A model generated the notes under the pieces. That model ran no database searches. It was not told the origin of the DNA and saw nothing but the letters and a program-made list of their open reading frames with translations. Position numbers and translations under genes: made by a program. 64,000 bases of DNA. Source: Deltaproteobacteria bacterium (lineage in GTDB: Bacteria; Myxococcota; JACRCW01). The stretch is from assembly GCA_016218805.1 (NCBI GenBank), contig JACRCW010000017.1, positions 53-64,052 of the forward strand. The letters run 5' to 3'. This document shows, piece by piece, positions 9,086-18,301 of this stretch. Numbering within the stretch: the stretch's first letter is position 1; every line of letters starts with the position of its first letter.

Positions 9086-9520
9086 GTGGTGCCCCGCGGA
9101 GTGTTTCCAACAATGGGTTCCCACCAGAAACGGCCGGAGCGTCCGCTCCCGGCTGACGCCGTCCATGATGACGACGGCGTCGATCCCCGTGTGTATTTCT
9201 CGCGTGAATCACACCGCCGGAGTGTCCGGCGGGACGGGCAGGTGTGCGCCACTGCCTTTCGCGTGCTTTCCCTGGTGCTGGACGGTGAGGTCCAGGACCC
9301 CGTCCTGGGAGATTGCGCTGTTGACGAAGTCACGGTGGACGGCGGAGGAAAGCTGCGCGTGCGCATCCGGGTGCCAGATGCGGCCCGCGTGGCAGAGGCC
9401 CGGGAGCGGCTGCGTCGCCTGGAGGGGTGGCTGCGGTCCGCTGTGGCCGCGGCGCTGGTCCGCAAACGGGCCCCGGTGCTGGCGTTTGACGTGGTGCCCC
9501 AAAGCGGGGTGGCGCCATGA
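9086..9520 (+). CDS. Hypothetical protein upstream of and overlapping rtcB
   Basis: Codon bias is good from about 9240 onwards. The stop overlaps the rtcB start. No motif was recognised, and the protein does not look like archease. Confidence 0.4.
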   Translation: MVPRGVFPTMGSHQKRPERPLPADAVHDDDGVDPRVYFSRESHRRSVRRDGQVCATAFRVLSLVLDGEVQDPVLGDCAVDEVTVDGGGKLRVRIRVPDAARVAEARERLRRLEGWLRSAVAAALVRKRAPVLAFDVVPQSGVAP

Positions 9521-10638
9521 GCGCGGAGCAGCATGTCTGGGCATGCGCTCCCTTGCCGGACGACGTGCAGCGCGCGCTGGAACTCATCCGCAACACGGAG
9601 GGCGTGTGCCACGTGGCGGTCATGCCGGACGTCCACCGTGCCGAAGACGTCTGCGTGGGAACCGTGGTGGGCACCGCCGACGTGGTCATTCCCGCCGCCG
9701 TCGGAGCGGACATCGGTTGCGGGATGGCGGCGATCCGGTTTGACGTGGATGCCGGATGCATCCGCGACGAACGCACCGCCGCGCGCGTTCTTGCGTTGCT
9801 CAACGCGCGGGTCCCCGGTCTGCACCACGCATCACGCTCCCGCCCCGTCCTCCCGCCTGAGGTGCTGGCAGCGGAGCTGAGCCACGCGTCGCTCCGCAAG
9901 CAGGCGCAAAGAGACGGGGTGCTGGAGTTCGGCACGCTGGGGCGCGGCAACCACTTCCTGGAGTTGCAGGCTGACGACGATGGCCTGCTGTGGCTGATGG
10001 TGCACAGCGGATCCCGCGCCATGGGACCGGAGATCCTCCGTCACCATCTGGCGGCGAGCCGGATGACCACCACCGGGCTGCGCGTCATCAACGCCGGCGC
10101 AGCGGAACCTTATCTGCAGGACGTCCGGTGGGCGCTGGCGTACGCGCATCACAGCCGGGCGTACATGCTCCAGGTGGTCACGGACATCCTGGGTTCCCTC
10201 GTCGGGGCCGCGGCAGACCCGGCCACGCTGATCACCTGCGAGCACAACCATGTGCGACAAGAGGAGCACCGGGGCCGGTTGCTGTGGGTGCATCGCAAGG
10301 GCGCCATGTTCGCGGGAGCCGGGGTGGCTGGCGTCATCCCCGGCTCCATGGGGTCCTCAAGCTTCCACGTCCAGGGACGCGGGTGTGAGGACGCGTTGTG
10401 CTCAAGCTCCCACGGCGCGGGCCGGGCCATGAGCCGCAGCCAGGCACGGCGGGCCGTCACCCTCCGCGCGCTGGAGGACCAGCTGCGGGGCGTGCACTTT
10501 GACCACCGTCTGGCCCTGCGCCTGCGGGATGAAGCGCCCGCCGCCTACAAGGACATCTCCGCCGTCATGCGCGCGCAACGCGAGTTGGTGCGCGTGGTCC
10601 GGAGGCTGCGACCGCTGCTCAGCTACAAGGCCGCCTAG
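9517..10638 (+). CDS. rtcB: RNA 3'-phosphate/5'-OH ligase RtcB
   Basis: The RtcB metal-binding blocks HVAVMPDVH, GNHF, CEHNH and HGAGR are all present. Confidence 0.85.
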   Translation: MSAEQHVWACAPLPDDVQRALELIRNTEGVCHVAVMPDVHRAEDVCVGTVVGTADVVIPAAVGADIGCGMAAIRFDVDAGCIRDERTAARVLALLNARVPGLHHASRSRPVLPPEVLAAELSHASLRKQAQRDGVLEFGTLGRGNHFLELQADDDGLLWLMVHSGSRAMGPEILRHHLAASRMTTTGLRVINAGAAEPYLQDVRWALAYAHHSRAYMLQVVTDILGSLVGAAADPATLITCEHNHVRQEEHRGRLLWVHRKGAMFAGAGVAGVIPGSMGSSSFHVQGRGCEDALCSSSHGAGRAMSRSQARRAVTLRALEDQLRGVHFDHRLALRLRDEAPAAYKDISAVMRAQRELVRVVRRLRPLLSYKAA

Positions 10639-10687
10639 CCAGCTTGGGGACGTGGTGACCCCCATCACGCGCCGCCGCAGGAAACGC

Positions 10688-10827
10688 GTCCGGATAGGGG
10701 GGACGGGCCTTCCGGATAGGGGGGAAGGCCATTCCGGATAGGGTTTGGGCCTTCCGGATAGGGGGGGAAGTGCTTCCGGATAGGGGGGGGACACGTTCCG
10801 GATAGGGGGGCCGCACCCTCCGGATGC
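10688..10827. repeat. Tandem direct-repeat array: 6-7 copies of TCCGGATAGGGGGG(G) at about 21-bp spacing
   Basis: The copies begin at 10689, 10711, 10732, 10752, 10774 and 10795, with a partial copy at 10820. The array lies between convergent gene ends (rtcB and the HEAT-like gene). Confidence 0.85.
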
Positions 10828-10885
10828 ATCCAGGCGCCAACCCGCGTGACCCGCATCACCCCACGCGCTCGGGCCCGCAGCGGCG

Positions 10886-12331
10886 TCACGGTCCCGCTTG
10901 CTGGGGCCAACTGCTGCGCGCGTCGGACCACCAGGCGCGCCACAACCGGGCCACGTCCCGGCGCTCGGCGCGGGTGGCTTTGGCGTCAAACACCATGGGC
11001 TGACCGGTCAACTGGTGCAGGTCACGCACCGCGGTGCGAGCCAAGTTGCCGTCCGTGCCATCCAGCGCGGCAATGAGCCAGTCAATCCGGGTGAGCGCGC
11101 CGGAGCGTGCGTACCAGCGCTGCCAGGCCCGCGCCGCCCGTCCGGCATCCTGGCAAGTGATCTTGGTCAAGGCGTCATGCGCCTCATCCCCCAGCGGGCC
11201 GGACAGCAGGCCAATGAGCGGTTTCACCCACGCGGCCTCGTGGATCAGTGCCGCGGCGCGCACGGCGGCAAGCTGCAACCGCTCATCGCCTGACGCGGCA
11301 CCTTGGGCCAGCGCGGCAATCACGCTGCGCGCGGCGGCCGCCTGTTCAGGCCCGCGCGCGGTCATCTGCCCCAACATGTTCGCGGCCGCGTAGGCAATGC
11401 GCGGCTCGTCGTCGGCAAGGAACTGCGCGCACAGGACGGCCACGGCAGGCAGACGGGTCTGGTCAGCCATCAGCACCGCCACGAACCTGGCGGAGCGGTC
11501 CGCGTGCCCCACCCCCGCGGCCACCGCCAGCACGGCGGCGTCTTCGCCCAGGCGGCCCAGCGCGTGGGCCACGGCGCTCAACTCCGCCACGGTCCGGCGC
11601 GGGGCGTCATCCACAAACACATCCCGCAGCAACCGGCCCGGGAAGCGGCGCAACAGTTCGGCGGCGGCGCAGCCGCGGTGCGCCAGCAACCGGCTGGCCA
11701 GCGCTTCCGGGTCCGCGTTCCCCGCGGCAAGGCGTTCCACCAGCGGACCCAGTTCCGGGTCCACCGGCGTGGCCACCAGGCGGGCGACGCACGCGCGCAA
11801 TTCGTCCGCGTCCAGGTGCGGAGCCTGCTCCAGCAGCGCGTCCAACTCGGCCGGCGCAGTGCGCGGCCCTGCGGGCACCGCGTCAGGCTGGTCCCATGCG
11901 GGCGGTGGCGGCGGTGGTGGTGGCGGCGGTGGTGGTGACAGCGGTGGTGGTGACAGCGGTGGCGGTGACGGCGGCGGCGGCGGCGGTGATGGCGGCGGTG
12001 GCGGCGGCGTGGCGGGGGACCGGGGAGGCGGCCCGAGTGCTGCGGGAGGCGGGCCGTCCAGCATGGCGCGTACCTGCTGCGTGAACTCCGCCGGCGCGTT
12101 GGAGATGAGGACCATGGCCACGCCTTCCCGGACGGACAGGACCTTGCCCTGCACCTCCGCCTGGGGAGCTTCCGCAGACAACGCAAACCGCAGCTTGAGA
12201 AACCCCCGGGCGGCCGGCGACCCGCGCACGGGGATGGGCCCGGCGTCGATTCTGCTCATGAACGCAGCCAGCGCCTCGCGGTTGGGAAACCGCACGACAC
12301 CCTGCTCATCCATCTGCGGGAGGTCATCCAT
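10886..12331 (-). CDS. Proline-rich linker protein with a C-terminal HEAT/ARM-like alpha-helical repeat domain
   Basis: A long poly-Pro tract (PPPPPPSPPPPPPSPPPLSPPP...) is followed by helical repeats. The start was chosen at MDDLPQM; the longer ORF reaches 12487. Confidence 0.55.
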   Translation of the reverse strand: MDDLPQMDEQGVVRFPNREALAAFMSRIDAGPIPVRGSPAARGFLKLRFALSAEAPQAEVQGKVLSVREGVAMVLISNAPAEFTQQVRAMLDGPPPAALGPPPRSPATPPPPPPSPPPPPPSPPPLSPPPLSPPPPPPPPPPPPAWDQPDAVPAGPRTAPAELDALLEQAPHLDADELRACVARLVATPVDPELGPLVERLAAGNADPEALASRLLAHRGCAAAELLRRFPGRLLRDVFVDDAPRRTVAELSAVAHALGRLGEDAAVLAVAAGVGHADRSARFVAVLMADQTRLPAVAVLCAQFLADDEPRIAYAAANMLGQMTARGPEQAAAARSVIAALAQGAASGDERLQLAAVRAAALIHEAAWVKPLIGLLSGPLGDEAHDALTKITCQDAGRAARAWQRWYARSGALTRIDWLIAALDGTDGNLARTAVRDLHQLTGQPMVFDAKATRAERRDVARLWRAWWSDARSSWPQQAGP

Positions 12332-12625
12332 GGTTTCCGCCGTCGGTGTTTCTGCACACAGTACGTTGGGGCGCGGAATCCTGCCTGCCCTCCGGCGTTT
12401 CAGCAACGGGGCGCGTGGGTCCACGTCGTCCGGTGCGGGAAGGCGGCCGCGCCACCTTCTGTGCGAGCTGATACGCGCGGCCTGCACAGGCCATCCGTCC
12501 GTGAAGACGTCAAATCGCTGCGGGCATGGCTACAAAGTGGTTGAGACCCATTCGGCCGAGGCTCCGGGCGCCACGGCCGCCTGCACGGTCCAGCGGGTCG
12601 CAGCCATGGGCGGGGAGGTGCGCAC

Positions 12626-12745
12626 CACGCCAAGGCAGGAAGTGTCTCATTATTCGAGACACCGCTTCAGGCCTACACCCCAATCCCCGGCGTTGACCCG
12701 GCCACACGCGCCGGGGCCAACCCATGCCCGGAGGCGCCGGCCAGG
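12626..12745 (+). repeat. Copy C of a ~120-bp repeated intergenic element containing a 21-bp palindrome, GTGTCTCATTATTCGAGACAC
   Basis: The palindrome is at 12642-12662. Its flanks resemble the two copies at 32178-32482. Confidence 0.55.
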
Positions 12746-13046
12746 CGCGGAGTAGGAGGACGGGCAAATGGGCACGTCCATGAGCGGCTGAGCCGGGTGC
12801 CAGCACACGGCCCTGGCGCAGGCGTGCCTGACCCCGGGGATGCGTGTGATGCGCCACGCCGCGTCCTCAACCAGCGCCTGGACGCTGACCCGCAGATGGA
12901 TGGCACCTTCACGCGCAGGCTGCTGCAGGCCCACAAGCTGAACCACGGCATGGTGGGCAAATGGGTGTTGCACGACATCCAATGTTTGGCGCGCGCCGTG
13001 CGGGAGCGGACGCAAGCACAAGGAGTGTTGTGGCGCCCGGCCCGCG

Positions 13047-13862
13047 TCACTCCAGCCCGTGCGCCACGGCGGACCCCGCCGTCCACCCTCCCAGTCCCGC
13101 CAGCAACGGCCCCACCGCGGCGCCGCCCACCAGACCCAGCCCCACGGCCACCGCGGACATGAAGGCCAGGTTGAGCGAAAACCACCGCGCATAGGTCCAC
13201 GCGCCGCCGTTGGGCATCATCACCGCCAGGTACGCCCACGCTGCCACCGACGCCCACGGCAGGAACCCCGACAGGAACGCGAGCAGCACCCACGCAGGCG
13301 CGGTGACCACCACCGTCACCAGCGTGGCGGCGACGGGGTGGATCACGCGCGCCCGGGTCACACCGGCCGCGCGCCACCCCAGCACGCCGCCGACCACCAC
13401 GCCCACACCCACCAGGCCGGTGGCCACCAGCGCGGTGCCCAGTCCCAGCACCCAGCCCACCATGCCGATGACGACGCCGCCAAAGCAGGTGCCCGGCCAG
13501 CTTCCCTGCACCACCGGGTCACCACGGGACAGCGGGTAGACCGCGGCCATCACCGCCGCGGCCGTGCAACAGGTGCCCGCGGCAGGCACCCAGCACAGGC
13601 CACCGGGGAGCCCGCCCAGCGCCGCGCCAACCACACGCCACGGGCCGCCAGCCTCCGCTGGCTCTGGCTCCCGCGCGACCTCCAGCGGTTCCGTGTGGGC
13701 CGGCGCGGGAGCGGGGGCGGGCTGCTCCTCGTCCCGGGGGCGCGTTGGCGGCGGCGCCTGGGGCGTCAGCGGCGGCAACGGGGCAGCGGCGTCCGGCGGC
13801 GCCCAGTCACCGGGCGCGGGCAGCGGAGCCTGCGCCAGGACGCACAGCAGGAGCACCTGCAT
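13047..13862 (-). CDS. Hypothetical polytopic membrane protein
   Basis: There is a signal-like N-terminus (MQVLLLCVLAQAPLPAP), a Pro/Ala-rich linker and several Gly-rich transmembrane segments. The start overlaps the stop of the upstream DUF2330 gene by ATGA. Confidence 0.5.
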   Translation of the reverse strand: MQVLLLCVLAQAPLPAPGDWAPPDAAAPLPPLTPQAPPPTRPRDEEQPAPAPAPAHTEPLEVAREPEPAEAGGPWRVVGAALGGLPGGLCWVPAAGTCCTAAAVMAAVYPLSRGDPVVQGSWPGTCFGGVVIGMVGWVLGLGTALVATGLVGVGVVVGGVLGWRAAGVTRARVIHPVAATLVTVVVTAPAWVLLAFLSGFLPWASVAAWAYLAVMMPNGGAWTYARWFSLNLAFMSAVAVGLGLVGGAAVGPLLAGLGGWTAGSAVAHGLE

Positions 13863-15634
13863 CAGCAACCGCGCCGCCGCCGCCGGCCGACTACGACGAG
13901 CGCCAGCAGCGCAGCCGCCAGGGGGAAGTCCGCGCGCGGTTGGGCACACGTGCAGCGGCCGCGCGCCTGCACCGGGCGCTGGGAGTCGTTCCAACGCGCC
14001 AGGCGGGCGTCCACGGCGGCTTCGTTCTCCGTGAGCGGGACAATGTCGCCCTGCTGCGGGATGTCATCCACCCGCAGCGCCCACGGCATGGCGTCATCAA
14101 ACGCGGGCCAGCCGCCGTCCACGCGGGTCTCCACCCCACGCCCATCCGGCAGGTCCACGCGCTGGGTGCCGTCACAGTGTGCCCGGACCGTGGCCGTGCG
14201 GAGGTTGGCCACGGCGGGGAGATCGGCGCGTTCATGGAACTCCGGGTCCACCGTCATCTCGTCAGGCGAAATGGTGGTGAACAACCGGGTCAGGTAGGGG
14301 CGCGTGGCCACCAGCGCGGCGGCGCGGTCCGCCGGGCGCTGCACGCGGTCATCAAAGTCATGCCAGAACGCCACGTGGTCCCAGGCGGCGGGCACGGGGA
14401 ACGCGCCGGGGTTGCCCCAGTAGTCCGACTCGGCGATGCCGGTGGGCGGGGGCAGGTAGTCCAGCAGCAGCCCGCGCAGCAGCGGGTGGTAGAACGTACA
14501 ACTGCCATCCGGGGTCACCCCGGTCACGTTGGGCGGCGGGATGGCCGTCCCCTGGCACGACAACAGGCTGGACCGTCCCAGGTCCGCCAGGACCCCCGCC
14601 GGCGTGGAGCCCACCTGCGTGAGCGTGAGGGACCACCACGCGAAGCTGGCGCGTTGCACCACGCTGGAGGCCCCCGCGTACTCCGTGACAAAGCCCTGCC
14701 CGCCCGCGTTGGGGTCATCCACCGCGCGGCTGACCACGTCCCGGTAGTTGGCGCCGGCGTTGAGCCAGTCCACCCGCACCGGGTTCACCTCCACGTGGCG
14801 GTAGGTCCGCGGCACCACGCGGGCGTTGCCCAGGAAGAACACGCGCACGCCCATGTCCATGGCGGCCGCCACGGCGGTGAGGCGTAGGGGGACGCAGGGG
14901 ACGCCGTACTCGTAGCGCAGGACAATGGGGTGGATTTCATCCACGGCGGCGGTGCTCACCAGCTTGATGGCGGCAAACAGCGAGTTCTCCTCCGTGTACT
15001 GCCGGATGAGCGGCTCCGTGGACGGGGGCACCAGGTACTGGTTGTCCCGCAGCCACTGCAGCACCTCTTCCGCGCGGCTGGACTGCAGCACGGTGATGTC
15101 AAACGCGCCCACGCTGTCCCGCCACACCACGGTGGAGGAGGCGCCGGCGTCGGGCGGGAAGGCCGTGAGGTCCTCGCTCAGGGCGCACCCGGCGGGCGCC
15201 AGGGCCACCAGCAGCCACGGGGCAAGGGCCAACGCCACCAGCGGCACCGCCAGCAGCGCGGGGGACAGCAGCAGGTAGGGAATCATGTCCTCGGCGCAGG
15301 TGTCTCCCAGCCGGCGCTGCGCCACGTAGGCGGGCGCGGAGGCGCGGAGCAGTTCGCGGAACAGCAGGTCTGAACCCACGCGGAACTCCGGCACGGCGGG
15401 GATGGGCACCACCCACGCAAACCGCTGCGGCTCACCCTGGTACTGGATCTGGATATGCGCCTCCATGGCGGGGCCGTCCTGGACAAACAGGATGTTCTCA
15501 CCGGTCTGGTCCACCGGCATGGGCGGGCCGGCGGTGGCGCCGTCACAGAAGGTGCCGCCGCAGGCGTGCGCGGTGGCGGGTGCAACCACGTGGACCAGCG
15601 CGGCGAAAGCCGCCAGCGCGACAGGTGATTTCAT
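13862..15634 (-). CDS. DUF2330-like secreted protein with a MYXO-CTERM-type C-terminal sorting tail
   Basis: A signal peptide is followed by the ACGGTFCDG motif. The C-terminus is GRCTCAQP...LAAALLALVVVGRRRRRGC, i.e. Cys-containing, then a transmembrane segment, then an Arg cluster. Confidence 0.65.
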   Translation of the reverse strand: MKSPVALAAFAALVHVVAPATAHACGGTFCDGATAGPPMPVDQTGENILFVQDGPAMEAHIQIQYQGEPQRFAWVVPIPAVPEFRVGSDLLFRELLRASAPAYVAQRRLGDTCAEDMIPYLLLSPALLAVPLVALALAPWLLVALAPAGCALSEDLTAFPPDAGASSTVVWRDSVGAFDITVLQSSRAEEVLQWLRDNQYLVPPSTEPLIRQYTEENSLFAAIKLVSTAAVDEIHPIVLRYEYGVPCVPLRLTAVAAAMDMGVRVFFLGNARVVPRTYRHVEVNPVRVDWLNAGANYRDVVSRAVDDPNAGGQGFVTEYAGASSVVQRASFAWWSLTLTQVGSTPAGVLADLGRSSLLSCQGTAIPPPNVTGVTPDGSCTFYHPLLRGLLLDYLPPPTGIAESDYWGNPGAFPVPAAWDHVAFWHDFDDRVQRPADRAAALVATRPYLTRLFTTISPDEMTVDPEFHERADLPAVANLRTATVRAHCDGTQRVDLPDGRGVETRVDGGWPAFDDAMPWALRVDDIPQQGDIVPLTENEAAVDARLARWNDSQRPVQARGRCTCAQPRADFPLAAALLALVVVGRRRRRGC

Positions 15635-15751
15635 GAGCGCCCCCTGAAGTCTGCCCAACATAACGTCCGCGCGCGGCGGTGCACGGCCTTTGTGGGGTGC
15701 AGCGTTCATGAACACCGCCGGCGGGGCTCCCTGCGTCCGGGCGCCTCCGCC

Positions 15752-16534
15752 TCACATCCCGGCCAGCGCGTTCGCCAGCTCTGCGGCGTGGCTCTTCTGG
15801 ATGTTGTGACCGCCGATGGGCCAGCTCAGGCGCGGCCCGGCGGGCACAGCGGCCGCCAGCGCCCGGGCGATCTCCGGTTCAATGAACGGGTCATCCTCCG
15901 CAAACGCCACCAGCGTGGGCAGCCGGAGTTCGGCCACGGCGCGGTGCACCGGCTCAAACGAGAACACGCCCAGCACGCGCAGCGTCTGGGCCACCTCCTC
16001 CGGCGAGGTGCTGGCGGGGAAGCCCGACGCGCGGAAAGCGCGCTGCGCCACGCGCCGCAGCACCGGGCCGGCCACCGGCACATCCACCGCGCGGCCCATC
16101 CACGTGCGGCCGGCGGCGCGGCGCAGCAGGCGGTGCGGTGTCAGCCCCACGGACGCCAGCAGCCCCAGCGCGCGCACGCGCCCGGGCGCGCGGGACGCCG
16201 CCGCCAACGCCACGGGGCCGCCCATGGAATGGCCAATGAGCACCGCGTCCCGCAGTTCCAGCGCCTCCAGCGCGGCCACCACAAAGTCCGCGCGCGCGTC
16301 CACCGTGGTCGCCGCCAGCTCCGCCGGCGTCCCGCCAAACCCCGGCAGGTTGAGGCGCACAAACCGGCAGCGCGGCTCAAGGCCGGCCCCCAGGTGGCGG
16401 AAGTCCCGCGCGCTGCCGGGCATCCCGTGCACCGCCACCACGGCCGGGCCCTGCCCCACGTCCGTGTAGAAGAACCGCCCGCCGTGCACGGACGCGGTGC
16501 GCGGTTCTGGGTCGGACGGCGGACCGGGGTTCAT
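15752..16534 (-). CDS. Alpha/beta-fold hydrolase
   Basis: The nucleophile elbow GHSMGG and the HGMPGS motif are present. The start coordinate is uncertain by about 1 nt. Confidence 0.8.
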   Translation of the reverse strand: MNPGPPSDPEPRTASVHGGRFFYTDVGQGPAVVAVHGMPGSARDFRHLGAGLEPRCRFVRLNLPGFGGTPAELAATTVDARADFVVAALEALELRDAVLIGHSMGGPVALAAASRAPGRVRALGLLASVGLTPHRLLRRAAGRTWMGRAVDVPVAGPVLRRVAQRAFRASGFPASTSPEEVAQTLRVLGVFSFEPVHRAVAELRLPTLVAFAEDDPFIEPEIARALAAAVPAGPRLSWPIGGHNIQKSHAAELANALAGM

Positions 16535-16992
16535 GCGTCGGCACCACGCGTCAGGGCGCGCCATCCACGCGGATGGCAGCTGTCACCTCGGAGTCCGGTG
16601 GCGCCCCCGCCGGGGCCAGCGTAGTCAATCCACCCGCGGAACATGACGGTGGGGCGCTCCGCCATCAGCGGCGCGGTACCGTCATCCTCGATTTCAACGT
16701 GGACGCTCGTCCGGCACTCCTGTCCGAGGGCGCACCCCTCAAAGATGTTCCAACGGTGTTCCATGATGACGTGCCCCGACGACATTTCGCAGCCGACAGC
16801 GTTCTGCGAACACGCAAACGTGCGCAGCCCGCCGTCAACCGCGACGGCCTGCAATGGCACCACCTGTCCGCCGACCTGGCCCAGCCCCACAGCCGTGACT
16901 GTTCCAGAGAACGAGCAGCGACCTGTTTCTGGCCACAGCAGTTCGATGATGAGTCCAACTTCGATGCGCTCGGCAACGCCGGTCGTATGCAT
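16531..16992 (-). CDS. Hypothetical protein (locally lower GC). It may be the frameshifted body of a small lipoprotein whose MKKLRL signal lies in another frame at about 17089.
   Basis: The ORF has moderate codon bias. An adjacent out-of-frame ORF encodes MKKLRLWLGV... (a signal-like sequence). Confidence 0.25.
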   Translation of the reverse strand: MHTTGVAERIEVGLIIELLWPETGRCSFSGTVTAVGLGQVGGQVVPLQAVAVDGGLRTFACSQNAVGCEMSSGHVIMEHRWNIFEGCALGQECRTSVHVEIEDDGTAPLMAERPTVMFRGWIDYAGPGGGATGLRGDSCHPRGWRALTRGADA

Positions 16993-17085
16993 TCGTCAGC
17001 CCGCAGGCGAATCCCGCTCCAACGGAAACACTCAGCCAATGCTCACCACCAGGCATTGGGACGCCCAGCCACAACCTGAGTTTCT

Positions 17086-17862
17086 TCATGGCGGTCCGCC
17101 GTCCGCACCTTCGCACCTGTAGACGTTGGACTGGCCCTGGACGGTGAGTCCGGCGTCCGTCACTTGAGGGTACACCGAATACGGCAAACGGTTCGGAACC
17201 CGGGTGCGTGACGCTGCTGCTTCCTCCTTGGCCTTCTCCAACCTAAGAGCCCAACGGCGGCAACAACGGTCCCCGAGCAAGTCCACTTGCAAGTCCCTCC
17301 CCGCTGCCGACCCACCTTCCATGTATGCCCATGCGTTGGGCCAGATCACCTGGAAATCGGCGAGATACTTCCCGGTGTCGTCTACGACCAACAAGCCTCC
17401 GTTCGCCGACGCGTTTCCCATGACGGACTGGAACGCGACGGGGAGCCCCACGGAAACTCCACACACAGGGTCGCTCGCACGAGCCTCGAAGCGCAGGGCG
17501 AATACCACACGGGGTTGCTCCCCCCTGGTGAACTCCATGATCGACGCCCAAGTTTGGGCGGGCGCAATGAGGATCTTGGATGCCAGGGCACCCATCCATA
17601 GGTCCTCCGGCTGCACTTCCAACATCTCTCCAGTGCCATTCCAATACGGCATTCCATCTTCGCGCCACGACGCTGGACAACTCTCGGCTTCAGGGCACGC
17701 ACCCACAAAGGCCAGACGACCAACGCCCACCGCGTTGGCCCGATCAAGATCCTCAGCGTCATGAAACACGGTTGAGTCCGGAGGCCGTATCGTCTCCGTG
17801 CAACTCAGCGCGGCGCAGAGGCACGCGGCTACCACGGGTTGTCGGCGGAGAATCCAACGCAT
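17086..17862 (-). CDS. Hypothetical secreted/lipoprotein
   Basis: The signal and lipobox MRWILRRQPVVAACLCAALSC are present. The start was chosen downstream of the repeat array, which the longer ORF reads through. Confidence 0.5.
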   Translation of the reverse strand: MRWILRRQPVVAACLCAALSCTETIRPPDSTVFHDAEDLDRANAVGVGRLAFVGACPEAESCPASWREDGMPYWNGTGEMLEVQPEDLWMGALASKILIAPAQTWASIMEFTRGEQPRVVFALRFEARASDPVCGVSVGLPVAFQSVMGNASANGGLLVVDDTGKYLADFQVIWPNAWAYMEGGSAAGRDLQVDLLGDRCCRRWALRLEKAKEEAAASRTRVPNRLPYSVYPQVTDAGLTVQGQSNVYRCEGADGGPP

Positions 17863-17974
17863 TTGAAACGCCCTCCCGCCCTTTCTGCGGCGAGCATGAT
17901 GACGAGGAATTGCCTCTGTCAACAGCCTGCGGTGCAAGTAGGAGCCGTTTGAACCCGTCGAACGCCACCCCATC

Positions 17975-18192
17975 AGGCGTCCAGCGGTACCGGAGCAGGC
18001 GTCCGATTGTACCGAAGCAGGCGTCCACCGCTGCCGGAGCGGGCGTCCGGCGGTACCCAAGCAGGCGTCCAGCGGTACCCGAGCAGGCGTCCAGCGAACC
18101 CGAGCAGGCGTCCAGCGGAACCCGAGCAGGCGTCCAGCAGTGCCGGACCGGGCGTACGCTGTTGCCCGAGCAGGCGTCCACCTCCGGAGCCA
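17975..18192. repeat. Tandem array of about 10 copies of a 21-22-bp unit, CAGGCGTCCAGCGGTACCCGAG
   Basis: Copies start at about 17975, 17997, 18018, 18040, 18062, 18084, 18105, 18127, 18149 and 18171. The array sits in a divergent intergenic region. Confidence 0.85.
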
Positions 18193-18301
18193 CGCTCCAA
18201 CCGCCCCGGGTTTGCGGCTCCCCGCGGTGGCCCCACCCAATGAACGCCCGTGACCAAATCCTGTTCCCCTCAGCGGCCTCCTGGACCAGGGCCGCTATCA
18301 C

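Noticed and set aside
8765-9166. 133-aa minus-strand ORF between the att fragment and rtcB
   Set aside because: Codon usage is poor (CTA, AGA, GCA, GAA), there is no motif, and it overlaps the start of the upstream rtcB-partner gene.
10688-10827. CRISPR array
   Set aside because: The repeat units are only about 14 nt with 6-8-nt spacers (period about 21 bp), far shorter than CRISPR repeats or spacers, and there are no cas genes nearby. The same reasoning applies to the 17975-18192 array.
10886-12487. PilZ N-terminal domain in the HEAT-like protein, and the longer N-terminal extension
   Set aside because: No convincing RxxxR / DxSxxG PilZ motif was found. The extension (MQAARISSHRRW...) is Arg-rich and was judged non-coding.
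12510-13192. ORFs in the 12490-13046 intergenic region
   Set aside because: They overlap the palindromic repeat element and each other, are low-complexity, and are likely non-coding.
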